Assembly: GCF_006345805.1 (NCBI RefSeq) | Contig: NC_043012.1 | Span: 20,212,001 to 20,276,000, forward strand | Origin: Octopus sinensis | Taxonomy: Eukaryota | DNA: 64,000 nucleotides | Direction of reading: 5' to 3' | Part shown: in pieces, positions 39,952 to 54,129 of the stretch | Numbering within the stretch: the first letter of the stretch is position 1 | Layout: each line of letters opens with the position of its first letter | Program-made: the position numbers and the translations under genes | The notes under the pieces: model-generated | Database searches by the model: none | What the model was told of the DNA's origin: nothing | The model's input: the letters and a program-made list of their open reading frames with translations, nothing else

Positions 39952-40013
<62 letters not shown>

Positions 40014-40148
40014 ATATTATATAAAGATCATGTCTAAGGCCAGAACACGTAGGAAATGCAAGGCAAATCACAAGACAACAAATATATGAATTAATGTAGA
40101 CTTACATTGTATTCAACATTTCATGGTTATGACCCCATTTTATTGTCA

Positions 40149-40226
<78 letters not shown>

Positions 40227-40269
40227 AACTTAGATAAACTTAGATATGTTTCGACCAAAGATTGGCCCA

Positions 40270-40708
40270 GGCCATGTCTAACTTAATAGCACCACCTCAT
40301 AGGATTATTTGAAACCTGTTTAAGTCAAGTTTTGTTTATGGTCCATTCAAGTAGTGAGTTTTTGTTGGGTAAGTTGTATCCAATTATTGGTGGCTTATCT
40401 GGCATTCCTTGAAGGAATCTATCCAGACTCCGTTTAAAGTTGATGGGATCCTGTTCCTCTTTGTTCTCTTTCGGGACAATGTTAAATAGGGCAGGGCCTG
40501 TTGAGGAAAAGAAATTATGTTGCAGTGTACATGTATGCTGTGATCTTGAATTGGGCAGGGGACGTATGGCCCGTGGTCCCAGTCCTGGATGAACCTTGAA
40601 GCTAATGTTCAGGTCGTTTGGGCAAAGTTGGCGGTATATTCTCCACATCGTACAAATGATATACCGCTCACGCGAAGCTGGAGAGAGTAGAGTTTCAAGG
40701 CTTTAAGG
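40270..40708 (-). mobile_element. CR1/L2-like LINE 3' fragment
   Basis: LKALKLYSL, GPALFNIVP, FKRSLDRFLQGMPDKP. Confidence 0.82.
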
Positions 40709-40715
40709 CATATAT

Positions 40716-40763
<48 letters not shown>

Positions 40764-42399
40764 AAGTGTGTGCATATATGCTCTTCAATAGCCGCCAGGT
40801 GACCAAACGTTTTGGCGTGAATTTGATAGGCTGAAACTGAAGGAAGCCTGCCTTTATATACATACATAAATACATACATATATTTATGTATGTGTATGTG
40901 TGTATATATATGCATGTGAATGTGTGTATATGCATGCGTGTGTTTGCGTGTGTGTGTATTTGTGTGTGTGTATGTGTGTGTGTGTTTGTGTGTGAATTTT
41001 TGTGTCTGCTTTCAGTTTGTTTACGTCTCCCTTACATAGAGGTTCGGCAAAATATTCTGATGGAATAAATACCAGGCTTAAAAACAAAAATGAGTCCCGG
41101 AGTCGCTTCATTCAAATAAAAAGTGTTCCAGGCGTGTGTATGCGCTTATGTTAGTGGATCGATAGACATATATATTTTAATAAATCTCAGTAAATCTTGA
41201 AACGCAGAGTGGCAGTGAACTGAATTTACTGCAGCATATTACTGCATAGGTACACATGGCAATTGTATATATGCATGTGTGTACGTCTGTCAGTTCGTAC
41301 GTGTATATTAGTATATGTATGCATTTATGATAGTAGATAGATTTGCACTGGTGAACTGACATATATGAGTAAATAATTTTCAGTAAAACTTGAAGCGCAT
41401 GGTGTTAGTGAATTGAATCTACTACAGCACGTTATTGCATAGTTCTGTATGTTGGAAGCAGTCACGAACGTCAAGCTATGTTCTTTCTGCATGTTTTATT
41501 GTCGAATTGTTTTTTTCTTTTAAATTTCAATTTTTAGGTTTTCGAATATTGCACCAATTATAAACAACAGAAAATTTGCTGTTATTAATTTGTTTTCGAA
41601 CTGGATATCTGACGTGAGAGCCGCTTATAAAATTCCAATCATTGTCATTATTGATTCTCTTGATCTTACATCTTTTACGGGTGTATCTAAGAATTTTCAC
41701 TTTCAGGCAAACGAATTTTAAAAAAAAATAATGAATGATAAAATACTTTATTACATAGGATATCTCGTTCTTAAATTTACATCGATTAAAATTTTAAGAA
41801 AAAAAATGGCATTTAATTGACTTTAAGTGAAGTGAAATTGATTTTATACATAAATGAAACAAAATTAAATATCAAAGAGAAAAACAGATAACAACAATCT
41901 TTGCGGTGAATCATTTCGATTGTTATCTGACATTAATTTTATCAGTTTGAAGTGTTTAAAAGAACGGAAAAAAGCCAAACGCATTAGCATCATATGATGA
42001 GAAATACAAACCAAAATAAAAATACATGGACACATGGGAATACATAAAAGTCGAAAAAAATTAGGTTTCAACATAATGTTCTCATTAAAACAACATAGAA
42101 TGATGAAAAAACATCAAGTGGCTCTAAATGAAGTGAGTGCTTCGTTTCACTTACACACTTATAAGAGTGAGCAAGCAGTTCAATATAAACAGCATTATGC
42201 AGTTTCATATAGTGGTATATACACATGTTCACTTTGAAGTCATATACGTATATGTGCGTGTGTATTTGTATACATATGTGAATACGTACACACACACACA
42301 CACACATATGCATATATACCTGCATGCATATATATATATATACATGTACACCTCCATGCATATATATATATATATACATGTATACATATTTATATATGT

Positions 42400-42441
<42 letters not shown>

Positions 42442-42622
42442 CATACAGGTAAAGAAAATGACAAGGAGAAGGGCAAAAAATGAAAACCTATAAATGAATA
42501 TACGTGAGTATACGAAATTTATTTGAACACTTTAAGTAGTAACCGTATTAACAACTTTTATATATGAGCGAAATTGCTTTAATGCATGTTGTAGTTGCTA
42601 TTATCATTATCATTATCATTGA

Positions 42623-42661
<39 letters not shown>

Positions 42662-42744
42662 ATATTATTATTATTATTATTATTATTATATTATTATTAT
42701 TATTATTATTATTATTATCATTATTATTATTACTAATTTGGGTG

Positions 42745-42900
42745 ATCTGGTAAAAGAGTTAGCACGCTGGGGAAAATGCTTAGCGGCATTTCAGCCGTCC
42801 TCACATTCTTCGTTCCATTTCCGGCGAGGCAGACTTTGCTTTTCCTCCTTTCGCAGTCGCCAGTCAAACACAGTGGTTGATTTAATCGACTGTTCCCTTT
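42745..42900 (+). mobile_element. Family B SINE, decayed
   Basis: GTTAGCACGCTGGGGAAAATGCTTAGCGGCATTTC, GACTTTGCTTTTC. Confidence 0.7.
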
Positions 42901-43149
42901 CCACTAAATTTAAGACCAAATCGCACTCATCAATATTGGCAAGAAAACCATTAAAAGTACCAACTAGACATTTCATTAGCTTCGTGCGCTCAGGACAGCA
43001 TATCCGTTTCAAGAAGAATAAACTTTCTGTGAGCAATGAAAAGTGGAACGGCTATTTTGGGGTGTCTGCAGATTTACCAGGGTGCCAAGGATTTTTTCTC
43101 ATCCCAGTTACGATGTAACTGTATATAATTTAGTCCAGCTTACTACCAA

Positions 43150-43403
43150 CTCCGCCAGCTCGCCGCCTTAATAATAATAACAATAAGAAGAAGAGTAATC
43201 TTTTCTACTCTAGGCACCAGGCCCGAAATTTTGTGGGGAGGGGGTCGTATATTAGATCGACCCCAGTACGCAACTGGTACTTAGTTTATTGACCCCGAAA
43301 GGAAGAAGGGCCTAGCGGAATTTGAACTCAGAACGTAAAGAAAGACGAAATACCGCTAAGCATTTCCCCCGGTGTGCTAACGTTTCTTCCAGCGCACCGT
43401 CTT
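43150..43403 (-). mobile_element. Family B SINE
   Basis: Matches the units at 54130-54745. Confidence 0.8.
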
Positions 43404-43985
43404 AAACAGTTATAATAATATGGTGTGAAAGAAATTGGTAAATCTAGTGGAGTTAATATTTCCTCATGAAGATAACAAGGACGCCGCTCGGGCTCGAACG
43501 ACTGTGCGGTATCTAAGTCTCCTCGAGGGATGAGAAGACACAGGCTAGAAATTAGAGCATTTTCCAATCGAAGTCGAACGTAGACGATTCGTTGGACGCA
43601 GTGTGAGACGATTGTTGTTAATCGTTAGACCTAACTCATCGTAAAGCAAATACTACCAAACGTGATATCCAAACTACAGTGGAAAAGGTAAGCCACTGGA
43701 TTTGGTTAAACACAAACGATGAGCGATGTCTGGAAGAATATTGAGCATATCTGGTAACCAACTGACCAAGCAAGCGGGGTCTCATTTCAGTGAGGGGGCC
43801 GGTGCGCAATGATGACGTGGAGAGGTAGGCACCAAAACGGCGTGCATTCTCTCCAGGCGACACCATACACTTGCTGGTTTCCAGTATGCAGAGCTTTCGA
43901 CTGGTAGCATTGGTGTGTGCCATCTTTTTTCTCTGTCTTAGCTTCAGCAACCCTAATAATAATCAACATGATAATAATCAACATG

Positions 43986-44060
<75 letters not shown>

Positions 44061-44065
<5 letters not shown>

Positions 44066-44150
44066 CAGTCATTTTTATCACCTGCTTTCTCTGCACTACC
44101 GAGTGCAGCTCTGTGTACCTTGGGTATGTGTTGGGGTTTGTTGTGTGTAG
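44061..44150 (-). mobile_element. R4/Dong-like 3' UTR fragment next to (TAA)n
   Basis: Reverse complement matches 8340-8428 (CACATACCCAAGG.ACACAGAGCTGC.CTCGGTAGTG). Confidence 0.8.
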
Positions 44151-44159
44151 CGGCGTACT

Positions 44160-44612
44160 AAACAGGGAACATAACATGGATCAAATCCTTCAAACACACA
44201 CCATAATAAAGAGCAAAAGACAGTCCAAATCAATGAAAAGTCTTCTAACACAGGCCCGAGTACACTGGTCAACAACTTCGACACAGACAGTAAAACATAA
44301 TTGTAGTATATGTGTCAACCTAACTGAGGGATCGAACTTCTCTTTCAAACAGGATCAACATTTCACAGTGAAAAACAACTTCACATGTGCCTCGTTAAAC
44401 CTAATATATGTACTAACTTGCTGAGGGTGTCAAGAACAATATTTTGGTCAAATTAAAAACAGTTTACGCCAGAGGATGGCGTTAGATAGACCCCAGATAA
44501 AAATACGAGAATACAGAAAAGTACGAGAATACGGAAAAATAGGATTAAGAGAGCACATCGATATTTGCGCCATTATCACACAACACAACTTCAGAATGTT
44601 TTACCTCAATAA
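44160..44612 (+). mobile_element. Penelope-like GIY-YIG fragment related to the element at 16337-19261
   Basis: IIKSKRQSKSMKSLLT, CSICVNLTEGS, KNNFTCASLNLIYVLTC*GCQEQYFGQ. Confidence 0.88.
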
Positions 44613-45141
44613 ATTCTCATACATACGCATACTTATGCATTTACCTCTATGCACGTGCATACATATGTGTGTATGCTATGAATTTGTGCGCATACGCGCC
44701 TATGTTTAGATCCGTGGAATCATTTTATTGATGTAACACGTATGCCTATTTGTGCATATGTGGTGTATGTGTGCGTGTGTTTGCGCGTATGTGAGTGTGT
44801 GTGTGTGTGTGTATTTGTGTGGGTGGGGGAAATTGATAGCTATGATTCACGATATAAATTATATTCACGAAAATGTTTGTGAATTTAGAGCTCGTAACAG
44901 TTTGCCTGTAGTTAGACACCTCTGACTTTCACTCACACTTACCTCGTCGGATATTTTCCTATTGCGTGACCGACAGTGACTCACCAAGCGTTTATATTAC
45001 AAAACAGCTTAAAAGCCGCCCTAATATGATACAATTTGTACTTGGAACTTATTGCAGAGCTGCATGATAAACATTATATTTTGTCTTCCCATTCGGGGTT
45101 CAGTACAATTCTTTTCTGTCTCACCTCTTTCTTTCTACTCC

Positions 45142-45250
<109 letters not shown>

Positions 45251-45782
45251 GAATGTTTTCAACCATCACCAGTACCACTACCATCGTCACTGCAGCTGCC
45301 ATACACACGCCATTCAGATTTCTGACACCACCACCATCAATACATTTGACTTCGCCGCTTTCCCCTGCACCATCATCACCACTGTCTTTCATATCACTTA
45401 CTATCCCTGACTGCTGCGGCTAGCGTCACCACCACCATCGTCACAATCGCCTCAGCCTCTATCACTATTACTATCACCCCATTACCATGACAACAGTTAA
45501 TATACTACAGCCCTCACCGTCTCTATGTCTACTATAACTCTCGTCCAGTAAGAGGAAGAGTAAAAGTATTTTTGAATAGTTAGAGACGGGTAAAGTGTGA
45601 CACACTGATACACAGAAAACCGTTTTGGTATTTATTATTAGAGAATATTTTTATATTCATTGTTGTACCTGCTATTGTTGTTGCTGTTGCTGCTGGTGGT
45701 TCTACAGTTGTGGCTGCTGTTGCTGTAGTTGCTGTTGTTGCAGTTGTTACTGATATTGTTATTGTAAGTGTTATTTTTTAAG

Positions 45783-45921
45783 GAAATGCATTCAAGAGGC
45801 CGCTTTCTATATATGCCTTGAAGAATATATCGAAGTCCAAGCCTTTATATGCACGAAAACAATATTGCAGCGTCATCGATTCAAAGCGAATTCTGAACGA
45901 CTTGAACATTTCTACCACAAG
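45783..45921 (+). other. Candidate host exon (139 nt)
   Basis: TTATTTTTTAAG acceptor, AAG/GTGAGT donor, two frames open; no recognisable protein family. Confidence 0.25.
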
Positions 45922-46313
45922 GTGAGTGGTGCGAGAATGTATAGAATAGAAGTATACACAAAGCCAGGCCTCAAATGTCTACATAATACTTATAATCTAC
46001 AGATGCATGTTCGAGGGAAGGAAATGTGAGTTTCTCTGCCACTATGCACTAATATACCAAACCTCTGTGAAGCAGTTACTTGATATGTTCTAGGATAAAT
46101 GATCCAAACTTCGTTTTGGAAAGCGACTTAAATTAATTACTATGACCTACAAATAGTGAATTGCAGTTAGACATACCAATTTTCTAACAGCATCATATAT
46201 ATTATATATATATATATATATTATATATATATATATATATTATGTGACCGCGTGTGTATCGTTGGCGATTTTCTTTCTCCGTCTTCCTTCCTTGGACCTT
46301 TCCTTTTTCTATG

Positions 46314-46346
46314 TTTGTGACGAAGCGCTCCGCACGAAACGTTAAA
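46314..46346 (+). ncRNA. Decayed minimal hammerhead in a short repeat (~46245-46452) between microsatellites
   Basis: TTT-gTGACGA-A-GCGCtccGCAC-GAA-ACGT-T-AAA. Confidence 0.45.
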
Positions 46347-46951
46347 TCCTCCTTCTTTCTTTCTTTCTTTCTTTTCCTGAGCGTCCAATAACACTATACT
46401 TATTCCACGTCCTCGCGTTGTGTTTTCTCTCTGTTCATGTTTGCATTAACTATATGTATATGCGTGTGTGTGTATGTGTGTATGTGTGTGTGTATGTGCA
46501 TATGTGTGGGCGTGTGTGTGTGTGTGTGTGTGCGTGTGTGTGTTTCTGTGTATGTGTCTGTGTGTATGTTTTATAATAAAGAAAAACATCTACTCAGTCT
46601 GAAGGTGTCGATTTTGCTAATCATGACTAAGGGGATATTGAAAGTATTACAATTTCATGATATCATAATGTGCGTTATGTTTATGTTAGTAGTAGTAAAG
46701 TTCTACTTTTGACTTGGGCCTTCCTGAGTCATGAAATTGTAATAATTTCTTTGATCGTGGTTTACTTCGTTTGATTACGTAAATATTTTATCTCAACAAA
46801 AGAAACATTTTCTGCATTTTTCTTCCTTGAACACTTTCTGCTATACATACATGGGCTTTGTGTGTATGTGCGTTTGTCAGAGTCTGTGTACCTGTGTTTG
46901 TGTCTGTGTATGTCTGTATATATATGTATATATATATATATTATATTATAT

Positions 46952-47073
<122 letters not shown>

Positions 47074-48009
47074 TTATTTATAAATGAGAAATATATTTTA
47101 TGAACGTTAATAATCACATAAATATAATAGATTCATGTTAGATATATACATTCACGTACAAACGTGTGGAACCAAGAACTCAACTTATTCGTAAGAGTTT
47201 GTTCGTTTAATGTAAAATATGTACATATATAAATTTGATTACTGGATTACACAGATGCACAGTTTGGATGATAAATTCATGCGCACATGCTATCTCGAAG
47301 TGTGTCTCTGTGTGTTTGTGTGAATACATATAATGGACATTACAACATCTTTTTCATACTGTACAATTTTTTTATCAGGTCTTATCTCTTTTTCTACAAC
47401 AATCTAATATATATTGCGCCTGTTATAGGAGTTTACATAAAACTGTAAAAATATTAACAGAAGGTTATAATAAAAATTAACCTAAGAACTAAAATTAAGG
47501 TAATCTGAAAAAACCGATATGGTCTTACCGTTACAATATTGGTTTCAATGAAAGCCTTAAATAGATTAACGGTAAAATGTTACACTTCTGTTCATTTTCA
47601 TAAATTGACATTAAATTCTTAATTAAATTATCATCATTATTATATTGCCATTTAGACGATGGTCATTAAATATAGTGTCGGATGACAAGTATCGTATTTA
47701 AACAGAATCATCTAGGAACAAACGTCAACAAAATTTTGAATAGATTTCTAGTTATGATGGTGAACGTGAAATATTTTAAATATTTTAAAGAATGCTAAAT
47801 TCCAAACATACCCCTAAATAAAAACTCACATTCGTATATACACACAAGCAAACGCACGCGCGTGCACACACACACTAACATATGCACACGAAAAGACGTG
47901 CACATATATATGCATATACACATGCATTCACACGTCTACACACGCCTACGCACAAATATTCTTACAAACATACATATGAATATAGATATAAATATATACA
48001 CACACACAC

Positions 48010-48042
<33 letters not shown>

Positions 48043-48153
48043 CTCGTTTTGACTGCTTCTTCTGGCGTGTGAAGCTGCCTATTGAAGGTAGCTTCTCGTC
48101 TGTTTAAATGTACATTATTTTATACATATACATATATATAGTTATAAATATAC

Positions 48154-48207
<54 letters not shown>

Positions 48208-48763
48208 GACTTTGGGCGTTTGCCTTGTCTTAATATTTGACGGCCTATTTAACAATTATATATATGCTGCTTAGGAAATCTGCAATGGCTCCATAACTAC
48301 CGTCTCGGCTATAACCTTGCAGCCCCAGTAATCCCTTTCAGCATTTACCTAGCGTACCTAATCGTTTAAATCAACTGAGAACTAAACGCCATAACTTGTA
48401 TGGGGGTTTATATATATTCATACACAAATACACAGACGCGCACATAAACAATTATAGTAGAATGTATACAAGGAAAATGCACAAAATGTTTATTTTATGA
48501 TTTAAAATAGAGAATCAAACGTAATAACTTACAAGGAAGTAAATAATGAAAATATTACCTTCAGTGAATACTTTCAATATCTTCTTAGTCATGATTAGCA
48601 AAAGCGACACTGTCTGACTATGTATATGTTTGTTATCCTAAAACATACATTCATTCAGTGCATTTACCTTTTCCTCCTATATTTTCTCACCACATCGCAC
48701 CATAAAAGGGAAAACTCTGGCCAACGAAGCCTTTTCACATATATACATTTATATATATGTGTA

Positions 48764-48808
<45 letters not shown>

Positions 48809-48811
48809 TCA

Positions 48812-49028
48812 TTTACTTTTACTTGTTTCACTCATTTGACTATGGCCAACCTGGAGCAACACATTTCGCCGAATAAATCAACTCAAGTATTTATTCTTTG
48901 TAAGTATAGTACTTATTCTAGCGGTCTCATTTTGTCGAACCGCTGGTGACGGTGAAGTAAACGTACCAATATCGGTTGTCAAGCGATGGTGGGGTAACAA
49001 ACACAGACACAAACAAGAAACACATACA

Positions 49029-49074
<46 letters not shown>

Positions 49075-49235
49075 CGACGGGCTTCTTTCAGTTTCCGGCT
49101 ACCAAATCCACTCACAAGGCTTAGTCGACCCGAGGATATAGAAGAAGACACCTACTCAAGGTGCCATGCAGGGGGACTGAACCCATAACCACGTGATTGG
49201 GAAGCAAGCTTCTTACCGCATACACACTCCTGCGC
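48812..49235 (-). mobile_element. Family A SINE
   Basis: Colinear match to 11421-11830. Confidence 0.85.
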
Positions 49236-49259
49236 TGATATATATATATATAATATATA

Positions 49260-49308
<49 letters not shown>

Positions 49309-49399
49309 ATATATACATATAGATATATAGATATGGATGTACATATATACATACATAGATATATACATATGCATACATATATGTACGTATATACATATG

Positions 49400-49792
49400 T
49401 ATCTGTTTGTGGATTTCGGAGGAGCCTATTTTCAGTATGCATAGTGACAATGTCTTGAAAGTGCTGCCATGCTATCTCAATGTCAGTGGAAATGAGAGAA
49501 AAGGACCAATATATGAATGATAGACCCTGTCTGATTACTCCCCAGTCGGCTTTATGGAAGTTTATGTCGTCAAATAAGTGCATTGTAGTGGGATTGGCTG
49601 GTTTGGTTTTTATAAGCCGGGAATTAAAGTTGCAGAGTATAATGTGTTGGACTGAGAGGAAGTTTTTGAACTGAAATACTGTGAACGAAGCTACAGTGCT
49701 TGGTTAATATTAAATCCAAGATCGTTTTATTCTGTCTTGTTGGTTCCAGCATCAATTGAGTGAGGAAAAATTCATCCATTAGATTAAAGAGT
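49400..49792 (-). mobile_element. LINE ORF2 fragment (end of the APE endonuclease domain)
   Basis: [23 protein letters not shown] and NFHKADW. Confidence 0.75.
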
Positions 49793-49992
49793 AATACATA
49801 CATACAGACACACAGACACATGTGTATGTATGTATGTATATATATATATGTATATATGTATGTATATATGTATATATATACATATATTTATAATAAAAAA
49901 TATATATGTATATATGTATATATATATACATGTATTTATGTATATATATATATATATGTCTATATATACAATATATATATATATATATATGA

Positions 49993-50055
<63 letters not shown>

Positions 50056-50934
50056 TATATTTATATATATCTATGTTTGTATACACATATGTTTATACCC
50101 ACACACATATCTTTAAACGTAACATGTTGCTCAAAGTTTAATTTCGCAGCAGGATCTAGAATACATTTCCGATCAAAATGTTTTTATTTTTACTACTGAT
50201 CTATTCTTGATCCTACATATTTTCAAAGGTTGGTGATCGTTATTATCTATAAAAAAAAAGAGAAAAAACTCGAAGGAGAAAGCCTAGTATTTGATAGTAA
50301 CTCTTATAGGTAATATGAATATTGCCGCGGGCTGCTTGTGCAAGGAAATCAAAGCTTGCTTTTATGTATTTACTTTCGTGTTCGTTTTGTACTACATGAA
50401 TATGGGCTCATTTATGAAGGAAATATTACCTACAAAAAATATTTATCTGATTTAGTTATCCTTCGTTTTTGTTTGGTCGTTTCTATTGTAATGATGTGTG
50501 TTCATCTAACTTTTATAAAACAAGCTTTTATCTCTTCATGCTTTTATTAAGAATATAAAATTGATGTATTACCGCGTTCTGAAATGAATGAAGCAAAAAT
50601 ATTGATTATTATTATTATTATCATCATCGTCATCATCATCTTCATCATCATCATCATCATTATTTTTATTATTATTATTAGTAGTAGTAGTAGTAGTATT
50701 TATACAAGACTCTTATTACTCTGCAGTGTATTTCTCCAGAACAATAGCGTTGTATAAATATATATACACGATAGGCCAAATCCACTCATATATATATATA
50801 TAAACATACTCACACACACACACGCACACACACATACACACACACACACACACATACACACACACAAACACACACACACACACACTTATGTATATATATA
50901 TAATATATGTGTGTGTGTGCGTGTGTGTATTTCT

Positions 50935-51385
50935 TATTCCGGAGAGTAGTAGTTTCTTTACGCGACTGCACTTTCATTAGTAAACTACACATCCGGATAT
51001 AGGAGCATCTGCACACGGAAGCTTCGAGAAGGAAACACCTTAGGAAATGCGAAATCCAGAATTTCAAAGTTTCCATCAAGGCAACCCAAATCAGCAGGGG
51101 AAATCTGAGAATTATGGCAGCACTATTTACAAACAAATGGAGACCAGACACGAACAACCGTAAGGAACTACATGAAGCATACTGGTCGTTATAGCAACAC
51201 CAGTCTGCGTATGTCACATTCCTCCCTTATCCCTTGCCTCGCCTCCAACATACATCTGAGCATTGACTATTTCCAACTACTGCTTTTTCCAAATGTCCTT
51301 ACGAAGGGGTTTTCACCCCGAAATATAGAGATACAAGGAAACACCGCAACTTTGTTGTTTTCCTTTCGTTTTTGAGTTTACTTTC
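50935..51385 (+). mobile_element. Decayed Penelope-like 3' end (GIY-YIG C-terminus, then hammerhead remnant at 51294-51331)
   Basis: HIRI*EHL...KHLRKC...LRIMAALFTNKWRPDTNNRKEL; then CTTACGA-A-GGGGTtttcACCCC-GAA-ATAT-A. Confidence 0.6.
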
Positions 51386-51433
51386 TACCGGCATGCATTA
51401 GACGGATATTTGTCCTCATCTTGATTGTTGTCA

Positions 51434-51477
51434 ACACAACGTTTCGGTTGATATAGCCTCCAGCCTTCATCAGGTAT
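51434..51477 (-). ncRNA. Minimal type I hammerhead in a short (TAA)n-associated repeat (51396-51527)
   Basis: ATAC-CTGATGA-A-GGCTG..CAACC-GAA-ACGT-T-GTGT. Confidence 0.62.
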
Positions 51478-51533
51478 CTTGGGGAAATTTCGAACCTGCG
51501 CTCTCATTCCTAAGGTATTTTTCGATGTTATTA

Positions 51534-51614
<81 letters not shown>

Positions 51615-51617
51615 TTA

Positions 51618-51656
<39 letters not shown>

Positions 51657-51737
51657 TATTATTATTATTAATATGGAGGTCACCTGCTTGGAATCGAACT
51701 CGGAATCTTGGGGTTAGACTGCGGCCAAGCTGGGGTG

Positions 51738-51777
<40 letters not shown>

Positions 51778-52839
51778 GAACTTAGTTATGTATTTTACAC
51801 CATCACTTATTAAAATGAACAGTGCTATTCGAGAAAGTTTGATTGCTCTCAGCGAATAATCTCATTTTTGAAATAAATATATATTTTTTGCTTGATGCAT
51901 TTTTGTTGAGGTTTATAGATAGACGCATTGAGAGATATAATGTGATATATATCACAAACTTCTCGATTATTATTACACATTATTATCATGCACCATGCGT
52001 AAGCAGATTGAAATATTACTGTCACAAAAATAATGCTAACCTGTGAATATATCAATTCTCTAACGGTTTCATTTGGTTTTATGTTATTGCTCAATTTATC
52101 ACTAAAATATTTGTACAAGCAAGTATAAAAAGAACACCTGAAAAATATATCTGTTTTTCTTTATTCTGTGAAATAAAACCCATTGCATCGAAATAAACAT
52201 TCCTGCTTATAATTTAATTGTTCTGCTCATGTGAAAATCCGTTTTGAAATTCAAAAAATATAATTTTAGTTCTATATTTCCATTTTATTCTTCAGATCAA
52301 GATTGTCCTTCACTTAAATATTTCCCGTTATTTTTGTGCAAACATGTTGCCTATTATGTTATTGGTTTATCAAGTTGTTTAGTTGCTGATAGAACGTATG
52401 GGGCAGAGAAAGGATCTGTGTTCTAAGGTGTTCCTTGCACGTCTACAGCATGGACGTTGTTCTTCCATAACGTAAGACAGTTACGTGTGATTTTTAGTAG
52501 TTCTGCTATAAAAATAGAGATTTATATGTTGCTCGCACAAACATGATTTTCATTAAAGGGCAACATAATAATATTTAAGTGCAAGATAATGTTTATCATG
52601 TCTTAGAATATTTCAGCGGCGTGAGAGGAGTCAATTTTTGCTTCAGCTCAGCAAAATACCTCAACCTGATAATTTCCATATTCAGTATAATAGTGCTACC
52701 TAATTTCATAAAATGTATAACTCCCAATTTAGCTAATGCAGAACGCAGAAACAGAATTGCATAAGAAGATCGCTAAAATATTATATATATAATATCTGTT
52801 AATATCAAATTACATTTTTGCCCTTTTTCTCATCATTGA

Positions 52840-53960
52840 ATGTACTTGGGAGTCCCGCACCGATCATTACCTCTACACTACCTTCGTCTATCTCCATGTG
52901 GCATTCGACACGGTTAATTACGTACCCCTCTGGAAAATTCTCAAGCTCCACTATGGGCTTCCAAGTTTACCGTCCTGTTCCATTGTCTCTATAACAGTGC
53001 CGGGAGCTGACTGTGGCTGGACGGGAAAGGCTCCGGCTGGTTCCCCTTCAACAGAGCGGTTAGACAGGGCTGCATTTCCGCCTTCGACCTCTGAAAAATG
53101 TGTCATTCATTATCGGATGCCCAAGATCTGTGAGCCAGTCTCTGGCTTTACCTTCAGAAACTACCACTCTAATTACCTGGCGTGTACGGTTGACCACCCA
53201 ACTCGATCGAGCAGCTCATGGACGCACTGACCATATACAGAGAAGAATGAGCGAAGATGACCTTCAGGAGTGTTGGCCTCAACATCGTGGTGTTTGTCAG
53301 TTTTTTCATCTTCGTGGGCTCCACTGTCACCAACAACGGAGGCTATGGAGCCGTTGGGGTCATTTTCTCCCTATGGAAAAGCCTTGTTTTATCACCCCCA
53401 AATAGGAACTCGGCATTTACAACGCAAAGGCTCTTTCTGTTCTCCTCTTTGGCGTGGAAACGTCACCCTGGCAAAGAGGATCGACGGCTTTGAAAGTAGA
53501 GCCCTGAAAACCATCGATAACATCATATGGTACCAAAACCTTTCCAACAAAGAACTGCATGCATACAGGAAACAACGCGAAGACTTCCCCATCATAGATA
53601 TCTGTTACATGCGCTGGTAAGGACATGTCCTCCGTCACCTGCAAGATTTATTTTCGTGTTCGTTTTGTACTACATCAATATGGGCTCATTTATGAAGGAA
53701 ATATTCCCACAAAAAAGACCTAGCAGGGCTTTAATCTCATTAGACGCCGAAGCAGCGGGATGGTAGGGGCACGTACCAGATAGCTCAACGCCTCCAGAAG
53801 CTCTACGTCATCTTGGTGAATGCCGAGAGGGCAGGCATGGGATTGCCAGCAATGGAGGTAACTGGTGGACATGGTCCGCTTCACGCATGATGACTTCTCC
53901 GGGTCCAATCATCTGAGATGACCCCAACCTCAACAAGCAAGTGCATGAAGCAAGCAACAG
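52840..53960 (+). mobile_element. Decayed RTE-like LINE
   Basis: AFDTVNYVPLWKIL, VRQGCIS, RIDGFESRALKTI, MRW*GHVLR. Confidence 0.8.
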
Positions 53961-54129
53961 CTGTAACTATGTGACAAAACACATCTATGATTTTAAGACA
54001 TGTAATAATACATGGTTCGGAACTAATTGTCACACGTTGATGTTAAAATACTTAATGCAGAAAGTATAAAAAATGTAAGTAATGTCAATATGTGATGGAA
54101 ACAGGCAATGATGCTTATTATTAAATATT

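Noticed and set aside
43420-43950. GC-richer segment with 104-aa ORF
   Set aside because: No recognisable motif; probably an unclassified repeat fragment
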